Assembly (NCBI GenBank): GCA_026770705.1 | Contig: JANJGN010000052.1 | Location: forward strand, 3,906,001 to 3,970,000 | Length of the DNA stretch: 64,000 nt | Origin: Isurus oxyrinchus | Lineage: Eukaryota | Direction of reading: 5' to 3' | Part shown: in pieces, positions 38,690 to 51,494 of the stretch | Position numbering within the stretch: position 1 is the stretch's first letter | Layout of the letters: each line of letters opens with the position of its first letter | Notes under the pieces: model-generated | Told to the model about the DNA's origin: nothing | The model's input: the letters and a program-made list of their open reading frames with translations, nothing else | Databases searched by the model: none | Program-made: the position numbers and the translations under genes

Positions 38690-39370
38690 TTCCGAGATAC
38701 ACTCTCATATTCCCCCAGCAACTCAGCAACTCCTCCAGTGAAACATTTCAGAGCAGCTGAGCTTGGTTTTCTGGAACCAGTCTCGGCCCAGAAGACTAGG
38801 GCCCTCACCTGTCGCTATGATCACTGGAAGCTGGGCTGTCTGCTGCCTGTAGGACACAGGTACTGGGACCAGGTCCTTTCCCTGTATGGATTCTCCAGTG
38901 TGTGTCTTCAGCTGATCCATTGTTGGCTCTAAATTCAGCGTCTGGTTTCCTTCATTTAGCTGTTTAAATGTGGGCTCTTCCACCACTGTGTCTGAGGCTC
39001 CCATATCTGCCCCATTACTAGTGGCTGCCCATTCACTTGGGTTGTGATGGTTATAGGTTCAGTTTTTACCACTGTGACATTGGACAGGGAATAGACATCG
39101 GTATCAGCAGCTTCAGGCTCTGTGATATTATTCACTTCCATCATGTTGGTGCACTGTCTGATGGGCTGTCTCGATTTCACCCTGCATTGCTTTATTTCCC
39201 GCCCCTTTCTTGTGGCAGTGATGGCATTCTGCCCCCTTGAACCTGCAGGTGTCCAGTACGTGCTCAATGCCCCCCACATCGAGAACAGGCCAACTTCGGA
39301 GTTGCTGCTGAAATACTCCCACGAAGCCTTTTAGTTTCTGGAGCGGCAGAGACTGTCTCTCGCTTGGCGG

Positions 39371-39403
<33 letters not shown>

Positions 39404-39803
39404 GTTTGAGCCTCACGCCCGGTGGTTGGTTCCTGTCCCAGCTGAGGACTGGTGCCATGTTGTACATCCTGTAAATCCCGCCAGTCTCTCCCAGCACTTT
39501 CCATGCCTGGCGCTATTTCCATGGTGCGCTTCAAATCGATGTCGGCTTCTGCGAGTAAACGGCTCTGAATGGCGTTGGGGTGAACGACACAAACCAATCG
39601 GCCCCGCAACATGTCATTGAGTGTGTCTCCGAGGTCCCAGTGCTCAGTCACCTGCTTCCACTTCACTGTATAGGTTGCGATGGACTCTCCCTGGGCCCTT
39701 ACTCTGGAGTTAAACTTAAACCTTTTCATTATTACCCACGGCTTCAGCTGAAAATACATCTTCATGAGGTCGACTAATTGGTGAAAAGATTTAGAATTGG
39801 GTG
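38690..39803 (-). mobile_element. Degenerate Gypsy/Ty3 gag-protease fragment
   Basis: RFKFNSRVRAQGESIA..LNDMLRGRLVC (gag); CSRCGGH and CHHCHKKG zinc knuckles; VNGQPLVM/DMGAS and GEGPSLLGRDW (aspartic protease); frameshifted. Confidence 0.88.
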
Positions 39804-40092
39804 TAATACACGTCACTGTCTTCAGCTCTGAGACTGTCAATCCTCACCAAACAATTCTTCCCTTCCAAGTCGCCGATTATTTTAGCACGTCCCACGAATG
39901 TGGCCATCGCATAATTGGGATCTTTGGTGTATGTGATGGTATATTTCCATCTATACCAATATTTATACCAAGCTCCGTGCAGTGCTGTGTAAGAGTGGGA
40001 AGGCAGGTCAAAGCTACACGGAATAACCACACAAGAGCTGCTGATAGCCCTCCGAGGTAGCGCCTTCATAGACCATCCCTCTGACGTCACTC
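39804..40092 (-). pseudogene. Gene D: divergent MAG/Siglec-like V-set exon truncated at DSDVYY
   Basis: tttcag| acceptor; W..SSCVVIPCSF..HGAWY..FVGRAKIIGDLEGKNC..DSDVYY, then gag sequence and a stop at 39791-39793. Confidence 0.85.
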
Positions 40093-40124
40093 CTGAAAGG
40101 CAACAAGGGAGGGGACTGAACATC

Positions 40125-40600
40125 AAAAAGCAGAATATTACTTCAATGGAGAGAGTCTACAGAATGCGGTACAGAGGGATCTGGGTGTCCTTGTACATGA
40201 ATCACAGAAAGTCAGCATTCAGGAACACCACGGAATGAGGAAGGCAAGTGGAATGTTGGCCTTTATTGCAAAGGGGTGGAGTATAAAAGGAGGGAAGTCT
40301 TGCTACAACTGTACAGGGCGTTGGTGAGATTGTATCAGGAGCAGTGTGTACAGTTCTGGTCTCCTTACTTAGGGAGGGATAGACTCTGCATTGGAGGCAG
40401 TTCAGAGGAGGTTCACTGGGCTGATTCCTGGGATGAAGGGGGTTTGTCTTATGAGGAAATGTTGAGCAGGTTGGGCCCTGTATCCATTGGAGTTTAGAAG
40501 AATGAGAGGTGATCTTATTGAAACATATAAGATTCTGAGGTGGTGGGGGGTTTGACAGGGTGGATGCTGAGGGGATGTTACCCCTTGTGGGGGAATCCTG
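40125..40600 (+). mobile_element. CR1-clade LINE fragment in the gene D intron
   Basis: EYKRREVLLQLYRALVR..CVQFWSPY. Confidence 0.85.
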
Positions 40601-40912
40601 TGAAGCAATAAGGATGTTTTACTGCATTAAAGGTGCTATATAAATGCACTGTCATTCCTATTGAAACAAGCTCTCTGATGCACAAACAGAAAATGCTGGA
40701 AAAACTCAGCAGGTCTGACAGCATCTGTGGAGAGAGAAACAGAGTTGGTGTTTCGAGTCCGTATGAGGCTTTTTCTTTTGCTATATTCTCTGACTCGCTA
40801 TTCACTCAATCTCTGTGTGATCACTAACCCTGTTCTCTAAAATTAAATGTTCACTTCCTCACTCCAGGAAAGAATCCAATTCCCTGAGTTCCGATCAGTA
40901 ATGAATTTGTAC

Positions 40913-40958
40913 CTTGCAGCAAGCTGATGAAGATCAATATCAGACCGACCTCTCCCAT
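40913..40958 (-). pseudogene. Gene D: leader coding part, MGEVGLILIFISLLQ(G)
   Basis: ATG at 40958, CAAG|gtacaa donor, phase 1, in frame with the V exon. Confidence 0.8.
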
Positions 40959-41224
40959 CTTCAGTTCCTCATCTAAATGGAAATGATAAAGACAGAGACT
41001 TTTTCAGAAATTGTCCCCAGTGTTTCTTCCTCAAACAACAACTTGTGTTTAAATGGCACCTTTCAGGGAATTAAACAGCCCCAGGGAATTATCTAATGTC
41101 AAGACAAGGAAGGAGAGATTGAGAAGGGACATCGCAAACCGATTCACCAAACACAGCAAAAATTCATTGTTCCCTCACTCCCTCTGCTCGGTGTCCAGCT
41201 TTTTCTCTTAGTGAGTTAAGCCCT

Positions 41225-43335
41225 CACAATCTCTATCACACTCTTCTGCTCTATCTCTCTCTCTCACACACACACATTCTCTCTCTAACACTCACAATCT
41301 CTCTCTATCACACTCTTCTGCTCTATCTCTCTCTCTCACACACAGACACGTTCTCTCTCTAACACTCACAATCTCTCTCTATCACACTCTTCTGCTCTAT
41401 CTCTCTCTCTCTCTCACACACACATTCTCGCTCTTATACTCACAAAATTTTTCTCTATCACACTCTTCTGCTCTATCTCTCTCTCTCTCTCACACACACA
41501 TTCTCTCTCTAACACTCACAATCTCTCTCTATCGCACTCTTCTGCTCTATCTCTCTCTCTCTCACACACACACATTCTCTCTCTAACAATCACAATCTCT
41601 CTCTATCACACTCTTCTGCTCTATCTCTCTCACACACACACACAATCTCTCTCTAACACTCACAATCTCTCTCTCTATCACACTCTTCTGCTCTATCTCT
41701 CTCACACACACACATTCTCTCTCTAACACTCACAATCTCTCTCTCTATCACACTCTTCTGCTCTATCTCTCTATCACACACACACCTTCTCTCTCTAACA
41801 CTCACAATCTCTCTCTATCACACTCTTCTGCTCTATCTCTCTCTCTCACACACACACATTCTCTCTCTAACACTCACAATCTCTCTCTATCACACTCTTC
41901 TGCTCTATCTCTCTCTCTCACACACACACACATTCTCTCTCTAACACTCACAATCTCTCTCTATCACACTCTTCTGCTCTATCTCTCTCTCTCACACACA
42001 CACATTCTCTCTCTAACACTCACAATCTCTCTCTATCACACTCTTCTGCTCTATCTCTCTCTCTCACACACACACACATTCTCTCTCTAACACTCACAAT
42101 CTCTCTCTATCACACTCTTCTGCTCTATCTCTCTCTCTCACACACAGACACGTTCTCTCTCTAACACTCACAATCTCTCTCTATCACACTCTTCTGCTCT
42201 ATCTCTCTCACTCTCACACACATTCTCTCTGTCAGCACTCACAATCTCTCTCTATCGCACTCTTCTGCTCTATCTCTCTCTCTCTCTCACACACACATTC
42301 TCGCTCTTATACTCACAAAATTTTTCTCTATCACACTCTTCTGCTCTATCTCTCTCTCTCTCTCACACACACATTCTCTCTCTAACACTCACAATCTCTC
42401 TCTATCGCACTCTTCTGCTCTATCTCTCTCTCTCTCTCTCACACACACATTCTCTCTCTAACAATCACAATCTCTCTCTATCACACTCTTCTGCTCTATC
42501 TCTCTCTCTCACACACACATTCTCTCTCTAACACTCACAATCTCTCTCTCTATCACACTCTTCTGCTCTATCTCTCTCACACACACACACATTCTCTCTC
42601 TAACACTCACAATCTCTCTCTCTATCACACTCTTCTGCTCTATCTCTCTCACACACACACACATTCTCTCTCTAACACTCACAATCTCTCTCTATCGCAC
42701 TCTTCTGCTCTATCTCTCTCACACACACACACATTCTCTCTCTCACACTCACAATCTCTCTCTCTATCACACTCTTCTGCTCTATCTCTCTCTCACACAC
42801 ACACACATTCTCTCTCTAACACTCACAATCTCTCTCTATCGCACTCTTCTGCTCTATCTCTCTCACACACACACACATTCTCTCTCTCACACTCACAATC
42901 TCTCTCTCTATCACACTCTTCTGCTCTATCTCTCTCTCACACACACACACATTCTCTCTCTAACACTCACAATCTCTCTCTATCGCACTCTTCTGCTCTA
43001 TCTCTCTCTCTATCACACACACACCTTCTCTCTCTAACACTCACAATCTCTCTCTATCACACTCTTCTGCTCTATCTCTCTCTCTCTCACACACACATTC
43101 TCTCTCTAACACTCACAATCTCTCTCTATCACACTCTTCTGCTCTATCTCTCTCTCACACACACACATTCTCTCTCTAACACTCACAATCTCTCTCTATC
43201 ACACTCTTCTGCTCTATCTCTCTCTCTCACACACACACACATTCTCTCTCTAAAACTCACAATCTCTCTCTATCACACTCTTCTGCTCTATCTCTCTCTC
43301 TCACACACACACACATTCTCTCTCTCTCAAACATT
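41225..43335. repeat. ~60-bp CT/CA-rich satellite (ctctaacactcacaatctctctctatcacactcttctgctctatctctc..cacacatt)n
   Basis: More than 30 units; followed by a related CT/CA array and N-gaps. Confidence 0.92.
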
Positions 43336-44394
43336 TACCATCTCTCTCTATCTTTCTCTTCTGCTGTCTCCTTCTTTCGCACTCTCATGCACTCTCTCCC
43401 TCACACACACAGAATCTCCCTCACACACACACCCTCCCTCACACACACACGCACTCTCTCTGATACGCACAATCTCTCCCTCACACACACACACACTCTC
43501 TCTCACACACAGAATCTCTCTCACACACACACACTCTCCCTCACACACACATCCTCCCTCACACACGCACACACTCTCTCTGATACGCACAATCTCTCCC
43601 TCACACACACATACTCTCCCTCACACACACACACTCTCTCCCTCACACACAGAATCTCTCTCACACACACACACTCTCCCTCACACACACATCCTCCCTC
43701 ACACACACACACACTCTCTCTGATACGCACAATCTCTCCCTCACACACACAGAATCTCTCTCACACACGCACACTCTCCCTCANNNNNNNNNNNNNNNNN
43801 NNNNNNNNNNNNNNNNNNNNNNNNNNNNNNNNNNNNNNNNNNNNNNNNNNNNNNNNNNNNNNNNNNNNNNNNNNNNNNNNNNNNNNNNNNNNNNNNNNNN
43901 NNNNNNNNNNNNNNNNNNNNNNNNNNNNNNNNNNNNNNNNNNNNNNNNNNNNNNNNNNNNNNNNNNNNNNNNNNNNNNNNNNNNNNNNNNNNNNNNNNNN
44001 NNNNNNNNNNNNNNNNNNNNNNNNNNNNNNNNNNNNNNNNNNNNNNNNNNNNNNNNNNNNNNNNNNNNNNNNNNNNNNNNNNNNNNNNNNNNNNNNACAC
44101 ACTCTCTCCCNNNNNNNNNNNNNNNNNNNNNNNNNNNNNNNNNNNNNNNNNNNNNNNNNNNNNNNNNNNNNNNNNNNNNNNNNNNNNNNNNNNNNNNNNN
44201 NNNNNNNNNNNNNNNNNNNNNNNNNNNNNNNNNNNNNNNNGTACACACTCTTTCTAATTCTTTTTCTCTCTCACAGACTCTCTCTGTCTCTCTCGCTCTC
44301 TCTCTCTCTCACACACACTCTCTCTAATACGGAAGGTTGTGGTTTTAAGACGTGCTCATGATTTCTGCTCAAAACCCAGGCAGATTCTCCCCAG

Positions 44395-44790
44395 TGAGGG
44401 AGTACTGAGGGTGTGCTGCACTGTCAGAGGGTCAGTACTGAGGGAGTGCTGCACTGTCAGAGGGTCAGTACTGAGGTAGTGCTGCGCTGTCAGAGGGTCA
44501 GTAGTGAGGGAGTGCTGCACTGTCAGAGGGTCAGTACTGAGGGAGTGCTGCACTGTCAGAGGGTCAGTACTGAGGGAGTGCTGCACTGTCAGAGGGTCAG
44601 TACTGAGGTAGTGCTGCACTGTCAGAGGGTCAGTACTGAGGGAGTGCTGCACTGTCAGAGGGTCAGTAGTGAGGGAGTGCTGCACTGTCAGAGGGTCAGT
44701 ACTGAGGGAGTGCTGCACTGTCAGAGGGTCAGTACTGAGGGAGTGCTGCACTGTCAGAGGGTCAGTACTGAGGGAGTGCTGCACTGTCAG
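44395..44790. repeat. 33-bp minisatellite, very homogeneous
   Basis: About 12 units. Confidence 0.9.
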
Positions 44791-44902
44791 AACTGTCGTA
44801 ATTCAGATGATGTTTGAAATTAGCAACATGCCTCGTGTAAAATTCTATATCATCAGCTCAATATAAATAGATTAGTCCTGTACGTTTCACTTCACTGCAA
44901 AT

Positions 44903-46748
44903 TGTTCATGGTTTCATTTCCTTGTTAACCAGGCTCATGTGATGACTATTTTTAAATAATGTTTGTTATTTGGAACAAGGGGCCATGCCTGAACAGATAA
45001 CTGTCGGATCAAGCAGCTGGGATTTTTCTTGAACCTGGCTTCATTCAGATGTTTGCTGCTGGACATGAGATCATTAATGTGTGAATGTAGAATCGGAGTC
45101 ACCTCAGTGAACAGCAGCATTGGTTGAACAGCCTGATCTGCAATAAGAACTGCTGAACACAATGTCCGTTCAGAACAGCTCGGTCCCCGATCAGAGAAAC
45201 AGCCTCAGACAGAACCAACTGACGCTGGAATCCATACAATTCATCAACGTGTTGGGAGTTAGTTTGATGTCGGAGTTGGAGTGTTCCTGGGAAGGAGGGA
45301 ACCCGTCAGGATGAACAGCTCGATGTACGACAAGGAAAGGATGAGCTAAGAGGGGTTGGTCACGGACAGACGGAGCGTGTGAAGACTCAACAAGCTAATG
45401 GCAGGTGAAGAGCTGGAAAGGTGTCTTTTCAACACAAGGTTTAGACACAGAACTCGATGTTTGATCAGGTATTTCAAACCAGAGAAACTCTTTACAGGGT
45501 GAATGGACCTTGTCAATAATCCTTCCAGCCAACCTCGCCTGGAGATTAGTCCAATATTAGACACTAAACCGAGACCCCCGTCTGCCCTCTCGGGCGGGTG
45601 TGAAAGATCCCACAGCCACTATTTGGAGGAAGAGCAGGGGGGAGATCTCACACGCAGACACACACACACACACACACACATTTTCTCTTGTTCATTCTTT
45701 TAAACACACACACTCCCTCTCAAATACACACACCCTCTCTCGCACACTCCTTCTCTCAAACACATACACCCTCTCTCTCAAACACACACACACACACGCT
45801 CTCACGCACACGCTCTCTCACATACACGCTCTCTCTTTCACACACACACTATCTAACACCCACAGATTCTCTCTCTTTCTTTCTCTCTCACACATAAGCT
45901 CTCTCTCTAACACAGACATTCCCTTTCTCTCACACACACTCTCTCTCTCACACAATTCAGCTACCTCACTCTCTCATGCGTACACACTCTACCTCTCTTT
46001 TGCTCTCTCACACATTTTCTCTTTCTCTCTATCCTTCTCTCTCGCACACATACGCACTGTCACTCTCTCACACACACATTGTCTCTCTTTCTCACACACG
46101 CACTCACTCTCTCTCTCTCTCCAAGACAGCAGGTTGGGGTTTTCAAACCGTCTCAAGGTTTCAGCTCAAAACACAGATGGACTCTCCCCAGTGAGGGAGT
46201 GCTGAGGGAGTGCTGCACTGTTGGAGGGTCAATATTGAGGGAGTGCTGCACTGTCAGAGGGTGAGTACTGAGGGAGTGCTGCACTGTCAGGAGGTCAGTA
46301 CTGAGGGAAACCCTGCTCTATCAAAGGGTCAGTACTGAGGCAGTGCTGAACTGTCAGAGGGTCAGTACTTAGGGAGTGCTGCACTGTCAGAGTGTCAGTA
46401 CTGAGGGAGTGCTGCACTGTTGGAGGGTTAGCACTGAGGGAGTGCTGCACTTCCAGAGGGTCAATACTGAAGGAGTGCTGCACTCTCAAAGCGTCAATGC
46501 TGAGGGAGTGCTGCACTGTCAGAGGGTGGACACTGAGGGAATGCTGCTCTGTCAGACCTGCCATATTTCAGATGATGTTTAAAATTAGCAACATGCCTCA
46601 TGTATAATTATATATCATCAACTCAAATTAAATAGATTATTCCTGTACATTTCACTTTACTGTAAATTGTTTGCAGTTTCATCTCCTTAGAAGCCAGGTT
46701 TGTGTGATCACTATTTTTAAATAACGTTAATAATAAAGATGCGACAAT
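44903..46748 (+). repeat. Segmental duplication arm; inverted copy at 61488-64000
   Basis: Identical ORF-track peptides on opposite strands (44935..45162 minus equals 63741..63968 plus). Confidence 0.92.
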
Positions 46749-46762
46749 CCACATGCACACAT

Positions 46763-46798
<36 letters not shown>

Positions 46799-47501
46799 AT
46801 GTGTAGGCACATACATGCACATTTACACACAGTCATACACATGCAAAAACCTACACAGAAACATACACACACTCAACTCACACACACACACTCACACGTG
46901 CACACACATACACATACACATGTACACACATTCATTTATGCACAGAAATATACACAAAGACACACGCACATTTGCGCAAACACATACACACATGCACACA
47001 CAGACACATGCATGCATACTCACACAAACATACTCACATATGTAGAAACACAAACACATACACATAAACACGCGTGAGGTCCCTCTTCTCTCTCAGGGCT
47101 GCACTGGAGTCTCGGTGTCAGCTCCGATTCTGTGTTGAAGGAAGGTAAACTCCAGATCAGCAAGACCCTGAATTGGATGAGCAACCTCCTGAACAGAGAA
47201 TTGTAGATTTACCCCTCAGTGCTCCATCAATCAAATACAATTCATTCCCGTAAATCCCTTGGCAAAATCCTGAGGATGTGAAAGTTTCTTTCATTCTAGG
47301 TGAACAGCACATCTACTGGTGGGAGAATGTAACTCCAGTTTGACTGTTTACATAGGCAGTGCCCATTATAAATTTGACAGTGGAAGTTATATGGAGGGAA
47401 GGTATCTGGAAATGTATACAGACATCAGATACAGAGAGATGATGCATGGAGTCTTGCTGTGCACTATGCTTGCTCACATTAAAATCTTTATTTATTTTTA
47501 G

Positions 47502-47783
47502 ACGCACCACGGAATCTCTTAATTACTTCTCTGGATATGATTAACGTTTCATCGATCAATATAATTGAGGGGAATTCTGCAGTGATAATCTGCTCTGTCG
47601 AGAGCTTCCCAGCTTCTAACCTGACGTGGCAACATCTTAATGTCCAAATGAACAGATCAAGTTCCAACAATGAGCTGTGGTTGGTGATTCCTCACGTTAC
47701 ATCCAGGGACACTGGAGACTATCAGTGTGTGGCAGAGAATGAACATGGAGCAGTGGAGGGATTCATAACCATCACTGTGGAAT
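47502..47783 (+). CDS. Tail C: Ig3 repeat exon 1
   Basis: ttttag| and GAAT|gtgagt; 282 nt. Confidence 0.9.
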
Positions 47784-48537
47784 GTGAGTGTACACAGACT
47801 TCAACATCTCTCACACACACACTCACACATGCAAAAACACTCATGTGTAGACACAAACATGCACGCTTACACACAAACATACCTTCAAACACATACACAG
47901 AAACACACACAAACTCAACTCACACATACAAACATTCATGCGCACACAAAGACACACACATGCACACACACTCCCTCAAGCACAGACATACAGACATACA
48001 CACACAGACACACACACACACACACACACACACGCGTCCACACATGTGCTGACAGACACGCGCATACACACAAATACAAACTCACGTGCAGAAGTACACA
48101 CACAAGTGTGAGCTCCCTCTCCTCTCTCAGTTCTGCACTGGAGTCATGGTATCAGCTCCCATTCTGTGCTGAAGGAAGGTAAACTCCAGATCAGCAAGAC
48201 CCTGAATTGGATGAGCAACCTCCTGAACAGAGAAATGTAGATTTAGCCCTCAGTGCTCCATCGATCAAATACAATTCATTGCCTATCAAGCCCTTGGGGA
48301 CATCTTGAGAGTGTTAAAGGATGTTTCTTTCATTCTAGAGGGTTAGCAACTCTACTGGTGGGAGGAAGCAACTGCAGTGTGACAGTTTACATAGGAAGTG
48401 TCCATTATAAATATGACAGTAATTTTTCATGAGGGAAGGTACCTGGAAAAGCATTCCAACATCAGATACAGAGAGATGATGCATGGAGTCTTGCTGTGCA
48501 CTATGCTTGCTCACATTAAAATCTTTATTTCTTTTAG

Positions 48538-48818
48538 ACGCACCCAGAATCTCTCAATTAATTCTCTTGATATGATTAACGCTTCATCGATCAATATAAT
48601 TGAGGGGAATTCTGCAGTGATAATCTGCTCTGTCGAGAGCTTCCCAGCTTCTAACCTGACGTGGCGACATCTTAATGTCCCAGTGAACAGAACAAGTTCC
48701 AACAATGAGCTGTGGTTGGTGATTCCTCACGTTACATCCAGGGACACTGGAGACTATCAGTGTGTGGCAGAGAATGAACATGGAGCAGTGGAGGGGTTCA
48801 TAACCATCACTGTGGAAC
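48538..48818 (+). pseudogene. Tail C: Ig3 repeat exon 2, frameshifted
   Basis: 281 nt; acgcacccagaat vs atgcaccacagaat (1-nt deletion); reads APRISQLILLI* if spliced normally. Confidence 0.8.
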
Positions 48819-48844
48819 GTGAGTTACTGCAAACTCCAACATCA

Positions 48845-48885
<41 letters not shown>

Positions 48886-49623
48886 ACACACACACACACA
48901 CGCACACACACACAGACACACACACACACAGACAGAAACCTGTAGGCATACACATGCATAATTATCCACACACAGTCATACACATACAAGCACATACACA
49001 GGAAAATACACACCCATCTCAAACACACACACACATTCATGCCCACACATAGACACACACATACACATACTCTCACTCATGGACAGACCTAGACACACAG
49101 ACACATGCGCATGCGCACACACAGACACATGTGTGCATACACACACAAACACACTCACATGTGCAGAAACACAAACACACAGATACACACACATGAGGTC
49201 CCTCTCCTCTCTCAGTGCCGCACTGGAGTCTTGGTATCAGCTCCGATTCTGTGTTGAAGGAAGGTAAACTCCAGATCAACAAGACCCTGAATTGGATGAG
49301 CAACCTCCTGAACAGAGAATGGTAGATTTACCCCTCAGTGCTCCATCAATCAAATACAATTCAATGGCTTTCAATCCCTTGGGGGCATCTTGAGAGTGTT
49401 AAAGGATGTTTCTTTCATTCTAGATGGACAGCAACTCTACTGGTGGGAGAATGCAACTGCAGTGTGACAGTTTACATAGGAAATGCCCATTATAAATGTG
49501 ACAGTATTTTTTCCTGAGGGAAGGTACCTGGAAATGCATTCCAATATCAGATACAGAGAGATGATGCATGGAGTCTTGCTGTGCACTATGCTTGCTCACA
49601 TTAAAATCTTTATTTATTTTTAG

Positions 49624-49905
49624 ACACACCACGGAATCTCTTAATTACTTCTCTGGATATGATTAACGTTTCATCGATCAATATAATTGAGGGGAATTCT
49701 GCAGTGATAATCTGCTCTGTCGAGAGCTTCCCAGCTTCTAACCTGACGTGGCAACATCTTAATGTCCAAATGAACAGAACAAGTTCCAACAATGAGCTGT
49801 GGTTGGTGATTCCTCACGTTACATCCAGGGACACTGGAGACTATCAGTGTGTGGCAGAGAATGAACATGGAGCAGTGGAGGGATTCATAACCATCACTGT
49901 GGAAT
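49624..49905 (+). CDS. Tail C: Ig3 repeat exon 3
   Basis: ttttag| and |gtgagt; 282 nt. Confidence 0.9.
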
Positions 49906-50396
49906 GTGAGTGTACACAGAATTCAACATCTCTCTCAGATTTGAACACATATACACAAATGCACACCCACATGCACACACAAGCACTCACTGCACTGGAG
50001 TCTCGGTATCAGCTCCAATTCTGGATGGAACGAAGGTAAACTACAGATCAACAAGTCCCTGAATTGGATGAGCAACCTTCTGAACAGAGAATTGTATATT
50101 TACCCCTCAGTGCTCCATCGATCAAATACAATCATTGCCTGTCAAGCCCTTGGGGACATCCTGAGGATGTGAAAGCAAATTCCTTTCATTCTAGGTGGAC
50201 AGCGCCTCTACTGGTGGGAGAATGTAACTGCAGTTTGACTGTTTACATAGGCAGTGCCCATTATAAATTTGACAGTGGAAGTTATATGGAGTGGAGGGAC
50301 CTGGCTATGCATACAGACATCAGATACAGAGAGATGATGCATGGAGTCTTGCTGTAAACTGTGCTTGCTCACATTAAACACTTGATTTGTTCTTAG

Positions 50397-50678
50397 ATGC
50401 TCCACAGAATCTCTTATTTACTTCTCTTGATATGATTAACGCTTCATCGATCAATATAATTGAGGGGAATTCTACAGTGATAATCTGCTCTGTCGAGAGC
50501 TTCCCAGCTTCTAACCTGACGTGGCGACATCTTAATGTCCCAATGAACAGAACAAGTTCCAACAATGAGCTGTGGTTGGTGATTCCTCACGTTACATCCA
50601 GGGACACTGGAGACTATCAGTGTGTGGCAGAGAATGAACATGGAGCAGTGGAGGGATTCATAACCATCACTGTGGAAT
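50397..50678 (+). CDS. Tail C: Ig3 repeat exon 4
   Basis: tcttag| and |gtgagt; 282 nt. Confidence 0.9.
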
Positions 50679-51494
50679 GTGAGTGTGGAGATACATTTGT
50701 TTGTTTGTTGTCTCCGTGGTCTCCGTGGAGCCATTGGGATCGTGTTGTTTTTAATCCAGTTTTCTTCAATCCTCGCTCAGTCCACGTTATCCACACATCC
50801 AATTTTTCCTCTCCCTTTCTGTTTTTGCTCTCAGTTTCTCCTTCAATGGTTGTGAGGACAAGGCTGTCAGGTCTTCGTTTCCAATCTCCATACTTGACGA
50901 CCTTTCTCTCTCTAACTGTCCTGAACAACCCTTTTAATCGCTGAACTTCTCATTCTTTAATTGAAAAATATTATATATAAACGTTACATGGATTACTTTG
51001 AAATGCAACACTTCTATTCATAAATTGCTTAGAAATTACTAAACATTCAACAGACAATGAAGCAATAGCGAAGTGAGCTCACTGTTGAAATGTAGGAAAC
51101 ACAGGTACTGATTTGTGCACAGCAAGATCCCGCATACATCGTGTGATAATGACCTGATAGTCGACTATTTTAGTGAGGTTGGTTGTTACATGTGTAGAGA
51201 CTACATACCCTTTAGGGAGGTAAGCATGTCTCGATGTGGATGTGACTCCAGTCTCAGACACCAGCATGGTTAACTCTTACCTGCCCTCTGAACTGGTCTC
51301 CCAGTTTGGGACAAACCAGTGGTTCAGGAACAAGACTCCCCACCACCATCTCAAGGGGAAACTAGTGATGGACAATAAATGTCAGCATTGCCCGAGAATG
51401 AGTATTTAAACATTGAGTGAGTGTATCGCTTCTCGAGATACATCGGAGCATCATTGTAAACCTGTAGTGCAGTAATTAATGGCTGTTTTTACAG

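Noticed and set aside
10483-40958. Gene D head splicing to the orphan minus-strand tails
   Set aside because: D's V exon has no donor and ends in a stop, and no minus-strand TM exon was found in between.
43784-44240. ORFs spanning N-runs (also at 10.1, 61.3 and 62.5 kb)
   Set aside because: Assembly gaps.
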